A stretch of DNA of 64,000 nt from Phoronis australis (taxonomy: Eukaryota > Animalia > Phoronida). Shown piece by piece: positions 12,387-24,751 of the stretch (position 1 is its first letter; each line of letters begins with the position of its first letter). The stretch covers positions 109,844-173,843 of the forward strand of contig NMRA01000736.1 of NCBI GenBank assembly GCA_002633005.1. The letters are read 5' to 3'. Under the pieces are notes generated by a model that saw nothing but the letters and a program-made list of their open reading frames with translations, had not been told where the DNA came from and did no database searches. A program made the translations under genes and the position numbers.

Positions 12387-14095
12387 AACAAGAGCGACAC
12401 GGAGCGTTGAAATGTGCCCACGAATGCATCTCAAATAGTGTGCTTTTAGGGTTGCTTATTTGTGTCATAATCATGGCCACTTGATGGCGCAAAAACATAC
12501 AATTCATCCGAAAACAGGAACATGTCATTGCTTCTTTAATAGAAAGAGATATCCCAAATTTCATAGAATTCGTCAGGTAACTTCAGAGAAACAAAGGTAA
12601 ACAGAATAAAATGAAATTGCCACAAGGGGGCACAGTCTTCATTGGATCCGCCTGAAAGTCGTCGTCGTCTGTTGTTATCATCATATAAATACACTGGCTA
12701 AATTTAATAAAGGTCCTGCAGTGCAGCTATGGAGGCAAAACAAAAAATACCACTAGGTGGCGCCAGAGTAGTCAAACTCGTCATCATCAACCGTCCTCTT
12801 CATAGTAAGAACACAGATGCCAATTTTCACAATCTTCGATTGATGGAGGGACGGACGCCAAAAAGAGACTCGAAAACGGAAAAAGTGAACACTAGCTGGC
12901 GCAAAGTTCCTTGATTCCATACAGAAATGGGAGGATAGCGTCATCTCACCAGAAGATGCCTGTATTCAAAATATTATGAAAATCTGTTGAGGACCTTTGA
13001 AGATACAGATGTAAACGTAAAATTAAAATTGCCACCAGGGGGCACACCAGTAGTCAGATCCATCACAAAATCATCGTTGTCAGTTGTAAACATCACATAA
13101 ACACACTTCTTAAATTCAGTTTAGGAGATACAGCCATGGGGGGGCAAAAAAGAAACTGCCACTAGGAGGCGCCACAGTAGTCGAAGTCATTGGAAAATCA
13201 TCATCCGCCCTCCACTAAATAGTAAAAACATGTATGCCAATTTTCACAATTATCGTTCAAGCGCTTTGGTTGATAGAGGGGTGAACGCCAAAAACAGACT
13301 AGATTACAGTAAAAATGGCTATTAGGTGGCGCAAACTAGGTTGAATCCATTTAAAAACAGAAAGATAACGTCACCTCACTAACAGAAGCTTCTACGACAA
13401 ATTTTATGAGGACCTTTGAAGAAACAGAGGTAAACGTAAAAAAAATAAAATTGCCACTAGGTGCCACACCAGTTGTCAGATCTGTCCGAAAGTCGTCGTC
13501 GTCCTTTGTCAACATCATCTAAATGCTGCAAACGGTTTAGGAGAAATAGCCATAAGCGTAAAAAGAACAAAATTGCCACAAGGAGGCGCCACAACAGTCG
13601 AATTCATCGGAAAATCATCGTCAACCGTCCTCTTTATAGTAAGAACATACATGTCAATTTTCACATTCATGCTTAAAGCGGTTTGGTTGATAGAGGGGTG
13701 GACGTCAAAAACAGACTCGAAAACATTAACACTTGCCACTGGTGGCGCAAATTACGTCGTGTCCATCCGAAAACGGGAAGATTCCGTTGTCTCGCTAATA
13801 GTGCCTATATATGAAATTTTATGAAAATACGTTGAGGACCTTGGAAGGAACAGAGGTAAATGTAAAAATGAAATTGCCACTAGGGGGCACACCGGTAGTC
13901 GGTTCCCTCCGAAAGTTTGCACATGCCGTCCCATCTGCATAAAAGGAACATTTTTTGCAAAATTTCATGAACATATGGTTTTGGAGATAGAGCAGCAGAC
14001 GCAGGACGCCGGACGGACGCTGCCCGGACGTATGGACCGACAGGCCGACGCACGGACGGACGGATGGACGCAGATGACGGCATAATGCATCCACA
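12387..14095 (-). mobile_element. Non-autonomous Helentron/HINE-like element with an internal higher-order tandem repeat (about 415-420 bp unit)
   Basis: Unit anchors AAATTGCCAC at about 12614, 13026, 13448 and 13871. A degenerate (GGAC/GACG)n microsatellite lies at about 14003-14080 and AAACAAGAG at 12387. This layout resembles DINE-1/pearl-type elements. Confidence 0.6.
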
Positions 14096-14559
14096 TATAA
14101 ATATGGTATCTACAACCCTGTTTCGTATTGGACTTAAGAAAGCAAAACTATTTCTGTACACAACTGACAATGAGTTTGATCATATTTGTTGTAGGCCAAA
14201 ATAGAAGAGACAATGACTTTATTATGACGTAGATGTGCCATACAGTGAAAGCTTTGTTGAGCAAACTATTCCACGGTTGCCTATACTTTACTTTCAGAAA
14301 TTTCTTGAATGGCTCGTGGACGAAGTTGAGGCTATGAGAATTGACTTTTGCAAAGCATTTACTGACTTCATTGCTTGAAGTACTCTGGATATTTTTCCAA
14401 GCTTGCCATCTTTGAATCAAATATTATAATATATCCATGCTTTGCTTCAAATACACCTGTGGTATAAATTGTAACTTCTCAACTTGTATACCAAAGGAAA
14501 TAGGAATGGGCAACATGAAAACTCTGGTAGTTAGTCCGGTGTCTTCCAAATTTTGATCT

Positions 14560-14990
14560 CTGATCAGATCAGCAAGTAGGTTCATAAGCCCAGCACAGAC
14601 AATCAAGTAGTTATTCACTGATATTGTGCTTGACACTGGAATACTGGTACTCAAAATTTTGAAAACTTTTAAGTCTCTGTATTGCTCACTCCAAATAGAT
14701 TCTTACAGATCTTTTGACTAAGGTGTGACTTGCATTTGGTGAAAGTTGGTGTGTTTAACTTAACTCGTTTTCGAAACAGAGGGTCATCAATAGTAAAACC
14801 TCTTTCTGCCATAACTTTGTCTTTGGGTAAAAGGTATTCCATAAATCCAGATAATTCAGCAATGTGTTTGTCACTACACCTGCCCCCCGAATGCTTTAAA
14901 TTCGTACACGGTGTACCCATTTGGTGCAATTGCAACCATATACATGTACTTTGCAGTATTGTGTGATTTGTACTGGCTATAGGTTTCACC
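14560..14990 (-). mobile_element. Decayed DDE_Tnp_4 (ISL2EU/PIF-Harbinger) transposase, C-terminal part
   Basis: Across frameshifts: TYSQYKSHNTAKY..VAIAPNG...FGG, SDKHIAELSGFMEYLLPKDKVMAERGFTIDD...KLNTPTF and FKILSTSIP...LIVCAGLMNL. The catalytic ADRGF has become AERGF. Confidence 0.85.
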
Positions 14991-17059
14991 CCCTATCAGC
15001 TGATCTGCTACCAAATACAAAACACAAGCAAGCACACCACCCCAGAAGGCTTGTTTTACAGACAGACTGTACTGACTCCAGTGCTTGACATGCCTGTAAT
15101 GGGGTGACCTCAATATGGCGCTCCCCAGGAATTCGGCTGTTTCCGTAATGGAATTTGTCTGTACAGTAAGCTCTTAATTTGCGCTGAGCGATACCACACC
15201 ACTTAACTTGTATTCCTGGGGTAGGTAGATTACGTGCGATTTTGAAACGTTTCAATGACACACTTGAGCCAGTAGATTAGCAATTCGGTCAATGAAGTAT
15301 AAACAATTTACGCTTCCAACATACTTGAGAACAATGGCCAACTGTTCTCGCGTTCCGCTGCATGAAACTCGTGGCATCTGACACACAGGAAGGTGGGGGG
15401 TGGTCAACAATTGGTCGGACTTCAAAACCAACTGGCTGGACTGCAAAACTCTATGACCGGTGTTCTAACTTGGTGGTCGCGGGAACTCAACACGCGATGT
15501 CCGTTACCTCAAAACCAGATGACACACCCAAAAACTGGTCGGCTGTTCCTAAAATGGATTGGCAGGTGCTTTAAAGCAATGGCCAAAAAATCACCGACCA
15601 ATTGGTTGTACATGTAACACCGGCCATCGTAGTTTTGGTCCAGCCAATTTACATGTAGTTTTTTGGGTGAGGACATCGCATTGTGAAGTTTTGACAACTC
15701 GTTCTTTACCTGCCATTTGGTTTTGCAGTCGAGCCGACTCTGGTTTTGAAGCACGGGCAGAGCAACCAAGGTGTGGATGCATGAACGAGGACTTCCCAAA
15801 AACAAAGTACCCGCGAGGGCTCTTCCAGAAACGAGAAATGTCAAAGCACCCCCGTCCCCTTGTGATTATCCAATATCAGAAAATGATTTTTATCCTGATA
15901 CTAGAGAAGCAAAATTTTGATATCATATGCGGCATCGGGTATTTCCGAAAGAGGTCCCACCACCAGGAAAAGGCCCCGTGAAATCTCTTTCGGGATCGTT
16001 CCGCGTGTGTAATGCACGTGGCAAATGTACTTGATCTCTGTAAAGAATCCTAGTAAGTTGAACACTTACTAAAAAAATCTAAGTTTAACTTGTCTTACGA
16101 GACAATCTGCCTGCAAAGTATAACTTCCTGTCAAAAGTTACCCGTTCAAGCCCCATACATATACATGTAGCTAAATGGGGGCACCATCGATGGGCAATAG
16201 ATGTTCCTAAAGAATCTCACACCCATTTTCCGAAAGACTTCCTCTGGCTCTTTTGGACGAATTGGGGCAATGGGATTTTTTACAATTTATTTATAAACAT
16301 CAGTGAATGATACGGAAGCTAGCCATTTTTATACAAGTTTCGCTAAAAAATCAAATTTTCAAGTTTAATCCCGCACGTGTCATGCTTTTGCATGTAGAAG
16401 GCGACAACCGTTGGAGACTACGAACCAATGCAGTGCACTTAAAGATACTATATCCGTTTCATTTTAGTTTAGACCTTATAAAACGGTTTTCAACGCAAGT
16501 CAATTCAGCCTACGCTTTTAGCCGAAATAATGCTCATGAAACACAACTCCAAACATTTTTGAACTTAACCGAATTTAATATCAGTTCATTAGTTTAATAA
16601 TTTTTAGTGGCGCACAAAAACCTAATATGGACACCGTGCTGAGTGACAGCTGACTAATGCATGATGGGAAGTCACTCAACTGCCGTAACAACTCGGTTTC
16701 CGCGGAATCCCCGCCCACATTTTAAATCCTTAATAGAAGCAAACACGAACAGGACTGAAAGTTTAAAAGTGTTCATATACAAATTATGTACTGACGAAAC
16801 TTATCATGTGTTTTAAATTGATGGATGTAAAGGAAATAGTGTCTTTAAACGGTGGACATACAAAATCTATAAAGTGTTTTCAACAGTTTTAAATTGGTTC
16901 TCGGTCCAAAGTCGGTGGGTAGTTAGACAGAATCAGAATTGTGCACCTGAAAGCTGCACTCAGTACTTTCCAGATGCTCGACACGCCGTTTTGTTACAAA
17001 TACCTCAAAATAAATAAGGTAATTATTCGTATCAAAAAGGAATAGGTTGATGGTTTCAA

Positions 17060-17340
17060 ATGGTTATCAAACTTAGTGAAACTACGTCGTAGAAATCCCG
17101 ATAAACCTTTCACGTAAGGAATCACAACCAAATTCTCACGATCAAGACTTTTCTTCTTATGAGTAGCTCTCGATAATTCCATTTTTTCGAACGTCCATTT
17201 AGGATAAACAAAGCCTGAAAGAGCTGAGTTGACGTGTTCCATTTTTGTGACGCAATCCTCCTCACCGGGCACCAGCGTGTGGTTCCTGCATAAATACTTT
17301 ATGACAGGAACCGCACTCTGGTGTCCATTGCGGAGGATCA
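17060..17340 (-). mobile_element. Penelope-like retroelement fragment (RT C-terminus/linker), inverted
   Basis: VIKYLCRNHTLV..EED...EHVNSALSGFVYPKWTF...LVVIPYVKGLSGFLRRSFTKF. Confidence 0.7.
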
Positions 17341-17475
17341 CGTCACAGAAACGGAACACATCAACTCAGTTCTGCCGGACTGGGGTTAACCTAAATGGGC
17401 GTTCGAAAAGTTCTCTAAGAGAATGTAATTACCGAGAGCTACTTCTGATGAAAAAAGACTTGATCGCCAGATTAT

Positions 17476-18040
17476 GGTTGTAATCTCTTACGTGACAGGC
17501 ACTTTGGAATCCCTAAGACGTACTTTCGCTAAATTTGATATCAGCACTGCGTTCAAACCCATTTCTAGACTACGTAAGTAATTGGTGCACCCGAACGACT
17601 CGCGTACTAAAGAGGGATGTAGTGATTTTGCTTATAACATCCTTTCTGCGTCGTGCAAGAGTGTTTGTATTTGTGAAACTGGTAGACATTTTGGTTATAG
17701 AATGGCTGAGCATTAAGACGACGTTGAGGACATGACCGGTACATAACTTTTACCAGATTGACCAGGAAAGCCTCTTTCAGTGAATTTTACAAATCAGCTA
17801 TCGCTAATCCCGCAAGAAAACAAGTATGTGATTGATGGGGGAAATAACTGATACTGAAAGTGACACTAGAAAAAGAAGAATAGGGGAACCCGTCTGCAAT
17901 AGAAAATAACCAAATGTCATGAACAGAGACAATGGTGCATTTAAACCTTCCCAGTTAATGGCGTGACCTTGACCACCACTGCGTCGCAGGGTCATACTGA
18001 GGAAGGAAGCATTCAGCATCGACTTTCGAAAACATCTGCC
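17476..18040 (+). mobile_element. Penelope-like retroelement 3' part: decayed GIY-YIG endonuclease plus hammerhead-like terminus
   Basis: VVISYVTG..ESLRRTF..FKPISRLRK*LVHPND...AYNI..ASCKSVCICETGRHFGYRMAEH...KSAI...MNRDNG, then CTGAGGAA-GGAAG...CTTTC-GAAA at 17997-18031. Confidence 0.8.
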
Positions 18041-21019
18041 GTTTAATGCTTAATTTGCTGGATTTTCACAAGTTTCTTTTCATTTTTCAAACGAAGTAGT
18101 GTGATAGTTATTTTATAAATACCGCATGTACATGTACATTCCTAATTGCTGCATGAGCTGCCAAACTAAGAGATGTCAGTTACATCCTCATTTTGTTAAC
18201 AGATAATATTTACGCTAAATTACACTTTTATGTTAAAAATGTAAGCGAACTTCAAAATGCTACAAATTTTTGATGTTACGTCAACTTCTACCTTTCCTTC
18301 AAATAACTTTCGGCTCACCAAAAACGAATGATTACATGGTGGCCAGTTGTTAGACTATAGATGAAGACAGGGAACAAAGAGACATATTGCTAATAAACTC
18401 CATGAAGACATGTTGGGTATTTCTAAGTTCTTCCTCGTTGCAAAAAATAGAAATTCCTAGAAATTCCAAAAAATTACAAGTACCGGTCGGTGTGGGATAT
18501 AATCACAGAGCTCGGGAGCTTACTTTATTCCTTGTAAGGTCTTTCAAAGTATTCAAATCAGCTTGCGAAGGCCATAACGATTACGTCGAAACTAACGAAG
18601 CACGTGATTGGCCCTTGGAGACATTGCCAGTCGCTGAAATCCAACCACTGAGATAAATTGTCCAAGTAACTCAAATTTTCTCTCAATGGTTTCCAAACAG
18701 GCTGGTAATTAGCTTATGAACAAATTTCCTAGATTGTGACCGTTAGTCGGAAACAGGTGAATTGCATGGCTGAATAATTTCATAATCACTGTCACAAGTT
18801 CAATTTCCGATTATGTACAGGCGATAAAAATTGATTAGCAAGGTGTATAGAGAACTAAATATCGATTAAATTGACCAGAGAATGAAGAAATTTCTAACTT
18901 ACTGTTGCCAGCCAGGTTTTGACGTGGAAGACTTGATTTTACGTATACCGCCTTGCACCGATGTGGAAAAAACTGACTACGCGGTGCTATAAGCAACAAT
19001 AAAAGTATACGTATTGCCTTTTTCGTTGTCTCACATTCTCCATATGGCAAGCTTAACTAATCTGCTAGGTACTGTGTGAGACTACAGGTGTACTGCCCTC
19101 AGCTGTATCTACTAAGATAAAAACCACGGACGAATATTTACAAATCTAATTTCGTAAAACTCGTCCCAGTTATTTCTGTCAAACCAAATTGAACTTAATG
19201 GCTTTGCGCTCCCATGTTGCCAGAAAATATTTGATCCTGGCGCTGTAAATTATTGGTGAGCAAGGCACACCCTGCTTTCCTCAAACTATGCTAGGTACCT
19301 CTTATGCTTGTAAACTCAAACTTCACGTGCAATGCACATGACTTGTGCAGTAAATGCTTGTACATGCATCAAACTTTTATGTTCGCCATATGCTCCGAGA
19401 TGATCAGAGACCATGCATCAGCGAAGTTCAGTTTCCAGCAATAAAAAGGAGAGTGAGGTTAACCAAAATGTTCGTTTAGTATGGCGTTAACATGAGGATA
19501 ACGCTCAGAAAAGACGGGCACAAAAGAAAACGCGACCAGGAGTATCTGACAAACTGTGCGCAGTGAAGTTTATTTAGGCTACGCAAAGTGTATAAAAATA
19601 TCAATTATTAAGTGCCACCATTTTCACAGCACATGCCTGTTGATAGATGAATTCTTGGTGCGAATCCAGGTACCTTTCAGACAAGTGGAAATTGCCAACA
19701 ATCTAGTTGATAATGATACATTTTGGCCTGAATTTCCGGAATCTAGAGTGAATCGCACTTTTTGGTCATTTTGGCATCTTATTTTTCCGGTGGACGCAGC
19801 AAGGTAAAAACACATGGTTTTGTTAATTAAATTCATCTTTTTGTGAAAGCCCCAAAGTGCAGTCATAGTTTGTCAGTTTATCTTTTTGCCAGTACTAGAG
19901 ATAGAATGCAAACTACGGCTTTCATTGGCCTACATGTACAGTAGATCAGTGACAACGTCAAGTCAGCCACTTAAACTGTGGCCGTAGTACAAAACTGCAG
20001 TATCCCCACACACATGCAATTAGCTGTTCGCACCCGCGAGGTAGGTCATTGGTGCAAAGGTCACCTATTTGCGAATTTTTTGTTTTCACGTTTTGGTTTA
20101 GGGGAGACAACTCGGAAACTTTACGATATCCACTTCAGTCAAGCTGTGTCTAAGGTCTTCTTGTGTTGAAAATTTGGAACATTGGAAAATAATTTGTGTA
20201 GCCCATTCAAGCTTGAATTCGACTCATTTTGATGGTGTACAACTTGTCTCCTGGAAACCAATAGCCCAAATCATATTATTAATATTACGTTAACACTTTT
20301 AAGTCAAAATTTCATTTTAGGAAAGGTACATGTACATTCATAGCAAAATAACCCCTCGGTCAATTTTAATGAAACCTTTTTTCAATGAAAACTTCAACAG
20401 TCTTTTTGTTTGTTTTTTTTGACAAATCGAACCGCAAAGTGTATACTAAGGTCTTTCCTAAAAATAGAAGTCTTGTTCGTCTTTGTTGCATTACGCAAAT
20501 ACCAGGCCTACATATCAAAAATCCTTAAAGCGTTTTCGAGAATGATGAAAAAATATTAAGTTCAGCGAAATCCACAGAGCCGTTTTCGGGTACTAGTGTC
20601 CCTATGTTCAAATTAAAACCTAACTTCAACGGAATTTTGTTGTTTTAGGGGTATTGGGATAACGAGATACTGTAGTCCTAGCAAAGCCTTAGCAAAATAA
20701 GAGAACGCGAGTTCTATCACGCATATGATAGGTGAAGCTGCCTTTTCGTGCCATGGCCCATGGTGCGTCACTAATACGAGATCCGAGCATAAACAACAAA
20801 AGATTGTATTGAAAAGGCGTCTAACTAGAACACCATTGTTCGCGGGTGTTATTCACAGCTGTTTGAATTAAAAGGTGCTTCTCGCGGTGACGTAGACGAA
20901 AGCAAGCCAATACGCCTAACAGTTCGTTACATTTGGCAATTTATGGCAATAGTTGAGTTGAAAACCTTCATAAAGAGACTGGTATAATGAAAATTCACAC
21001 AAGACATCAATTCCTATCT

Positions 21020-21628
21020 GCTTGTTGTAGGTACAAATGTTTTAAAGGTCTTGTCCCATCTTACTTACATGTATATGCTAAGTTTAAGTTGACTACTAAT
21101 ACTAGGTCCTCATCATCATCTGATTTCAATCTTCCTAAACGCAGAAGTGAAACTGGGAAACATCATCTTCCTACAGCGGGCACTTTTTATTGAACTCTCT
21201 CCCTGCAGGTGCCAAATCTACATCATCCTTTCTAACCTTTAAAAGAATTATAAGAAATAGATTTAACTTTATGTAGTGTGTAAGAATTGCATGTTTATAC
21301 ATTTGTTATTTATATAATGTCTTACTTTTATTAATTATTTATTGCCTGTTTTTAATTTTTTATATTTATATTTCAGTTAATTATCTTGTCTTAATTTCTT
21401 TATCTTCCATTTATCATATTTTATTTTTTATTTTGCTTCATCAGTCTTTCCATTTTAATTTTTTATTCTTTGCTTATTACTTAAATTTGTCTTTCATTTT
21501 GTAATTCTGTTTTTGTCTTACTATCTGTTTGTTTTTACTGAGGGCCCCCATGGAAAGCAATGTGAACTGATGGGGCTACCCTCATTGTAAATATTACATT
21601 AATAAATAATAAAAAATAAATAAATAAG
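21020..21628 (+). mobile_element. L2/CR1-group LINE 3' end
   Basis: YKCFKGLVPSYL...NTRSSS..FNLPK..SETGK...LNSLP....TFK is a typical ORF2 C-terminus. It is followed by an AT-rich UTR, a GC-rich terminal stem (AGGGCCCCCA..TGGGGCTACCCT) and an (AATA)n tail. Confidence 0.8.
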
Positions 21629-24600
21629 TGGGCTCATGGTAATACTCTTAACATACTGAAGAAACCAAATTTACAGGTGTTACCTTTCAAGGTAAGCTTT
21701 AAGTCGATTTCCCGAAGCCGAGAAGAGGCCGATTGCACTGCTACGAGTGAAAATTTCAAGGTCTTCGGTTATTTATTCAGTGAAAATTGTTTTCAGTCAA
21801 TATAACCTCCAGTATACATGCCTTAAACCATGCTAGCTATTTTAACCTTCAGTCGCAATGTCAACTGAATTTAACAGTGGGTCAAATGTTCATTGCTATG
21901 CAAACCACGCGCCGGGAAACTGATACGAAATGTATTTTGCTAGACATTTGTGAAATATTGTAAAAATGGCCAATTTTTGTGAATATGGTTTGAGATATCC
22001 TTAAAACCAAATCAGTTTCAAAGCAGCTAGTATAACCTTTGTGGCGCTAAGTCGACGAACTGAGTGCCATAGCTTCAATTCGCGATTTAGTTTCCAGAAA
22101 GAAACGATGTCCATAGAGTCTCTGAAAGAGCTTTGCATTTAATGCAAGATGCAATGTCACTCATTCGTATTCAGCAGTCCGATTTGCAAGCTGTTTAAAG
22201 CGACTTTAAGCTACAGGTGTCTGATTGTATTAACCTATTTCATTCCTGGTTGCCAACAGCATGTATTCACTGATTTAAATGAATTTTACATTAATGCCTT
22301 GCGATTATCGCATAACCAGCAGTGCCATTTCAGTCACGTGATTTGCTTGGGAATTGATACCACATCTTTATTTTCTTGCGGGTGTTCATAATAGAGAGAA
22401 CGTATTGTTGTATTCAAAAAGGATTTTCCGTATGAAAGTAAATAATGAATTTTTTCCGTCTTCTCTTTATTTACATTTATTCCAGAATGACCTTCGTTGA
22501 GATTTTTATTACAACTGAACGTGTGGTTCCATATCCAAGGAAATTCAGGTATATTGTTTCTCAAAAACAACAGTCTACCAGTTATCTGAATCTCTTTATG
22601 CATCCCTGCGATTTTTGCTCTTACCTCCAGCTTAAAATGTCAATTTGGAATAGATAGATGATAATTCAAATTTGCAAATCCTTACTTTTTACCATTTCAG
22701 ATTGCTTCTTAATTATTTGGACTTAAAACTAGACAAGTTTTCATATTTTTTTCAAGAGACATTGTCAAATTTCAATTGAAAAAATGACTACGTCAAAAAT
22801 AGTCGATCACACGATCACGGCTAGCCACCTTATTGGTCAAACTCGGGTTCAGCAACTTTAAAGAATACTTAACCCACGTTTGTTCGACATAAACAGCAAA
22901 CTTTCCATCTTGCCGTGAGATATAAGGCAATGCCATGTAACTCTCTTTGGCACCCAAAATGTTGAAACAAATATGAAAACTCCTTACAATGTCTGTTACA
23001 CCGCCAAGCATGACTAACGATCAACTCAAGGCGAGTATACGTGACAACTTTGGGGGGAGACCGTACAACTGCATGCATCACCAAATCACATGATCCATAA
23101 TATATGGCACGGTGTGAAACCGCTGTTGGTCGAATACTGTCAAATGAGAGACCAAAGGTGGTTTATTAGCAGTTGACGGGAACGAGGATTGACTAAAATC
23201 ACCAAAATTCAGGATTGTGTATGCTTTTAAGTAAACTCTTAGTGAAAGCTGTTGTGATGGAATTTGTACGGGCGGATGTGGCTATAGAAACATGTCATCT
23301 GAGGGGGAAGTTAAAACAACAATTAGTATTTTGGTAGGCCACGCTCCGGCTCCCAACATGATGCCTGGAATTCAACTACAAGACATCGCCGAAGCTGGGT
23401 TGTTTGGTTTTGTATACACAGTTCTGCCCTTACTGGCAATTATTTATAATCCTAACCTCGGCAAGTTCAATCCAGCTGCTAGCCTCCTAGCGTCTGACCT
23501 AGTTCAAAGATCTATAAAATCTTTGCCCAGTTTGCGGATTTCTATCAATCTTGAAGCGCAAATCTTAATTTCAAATCCAAACTGGTCAATTGAAACCTTG
23601 TGTAACAGGGCTATACGACGGGCTAATCGGATCATTGAGTATAATACCTTCGCTGTACTGTCCATTCGCGCATTCAGGCCATGGGCCTTTATACGAAACA
23701 CCTAGTGAGTAAAACAGAGTAGCAAATATTTAGAAGCGCTAAACAACGCCCAATTCTCTTCACAGGCGTAAGTTCTATCTTCCAAACCAACGTCATGACG
23801 TTTTTATGCTTTATTTAAATTGGTTTCACGTGCATTAGAGCCAGGAATTTCCCTGTTGGCTACACTGCCCTGACGACTGAAACAGTGAAAAACGGGCCTG
23901 GACTGAAGCAAGAACAGAATGGCAGCTCTTCTCGCGATGAAGGTTAGAAAGCAGGTCTAATGGGGTAAATGAACGAAACCAAACATATTTTATGACAGCA
24001 AAAGTGGCCTAAATGAAAAGTTCATTTCTGACAGGGGGCCCTGATACGTTACCCTTGTAAATATTTCGTCAGTAAAACTTGAGGTGGGATTTAAAACGAA
24101 TGACATTAATATTTATTCGATTTGACCTTTAAATTTATAAATGGTAAGTGGTAACAATGTAAAAAATCTCGTCAAATGCGCAAGGGTTAGCTGCAAGCAC
24201 CTGAATGTCTGCATATGCACGTGCATGCGGTAGACGACTTGGGTTACTTTTCGAAATAACGTATTATTTCGTATCTAGGCGCATGAACTTAAATACGCAC
24301 ACCCATGTTTATGCTGAAGTTGCTCTCATTTTGTATATTAAAATGCATATATGTCTGACTAGAAATTCCAAATACTTCTCCAAAACGAAGCAAACTGAAC
24401 AACGTAAAATTAATTCACAGTGCCAAAGACGGTAAACCTAAGTCAAATATCTGTAACGCACATGAATGACAAATTCATTTACAGAAGCCTATTTATACCC
24501 AAACAACCGCAACACTATTTTCTGGTGAGCTTGAAACCGGTGACATTTCTTGAAGTTTGTAAGTCTGAAGAGGTTTCGATGAGAAGCAAGGGTTTTTAGT

Positions 24601-24637
24601 GTAAACTTACTTTTAGTAATAATGCAGGCATGCGATT

Positions 24638-24751
24638 AGTAACGCTGGGACCTAGATAAAACCTAGTCAGTCATGTTCTCTTTGAACTACACGGCAATGT
24701 CTCGAGTGATCTCGCGAAGTCTTGCTTTTTGACGAGGTCCTAGCGTTACTG
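24638..24751. repeat. Small inverted-repeat element
   Basis: AGTAACGCTGGGACCT and AGGTCCTAGCGTTACT form a 16-bp inverted repeat with one mismatch. Confidence 0.5.

Noticed and set aside
12477-13890. CRISPR-like regularly spaced repeats
   Set aside because: The spacers are homologous to one another (tandem repeat), too long, and there are no cas genes in this eukaryotic context.
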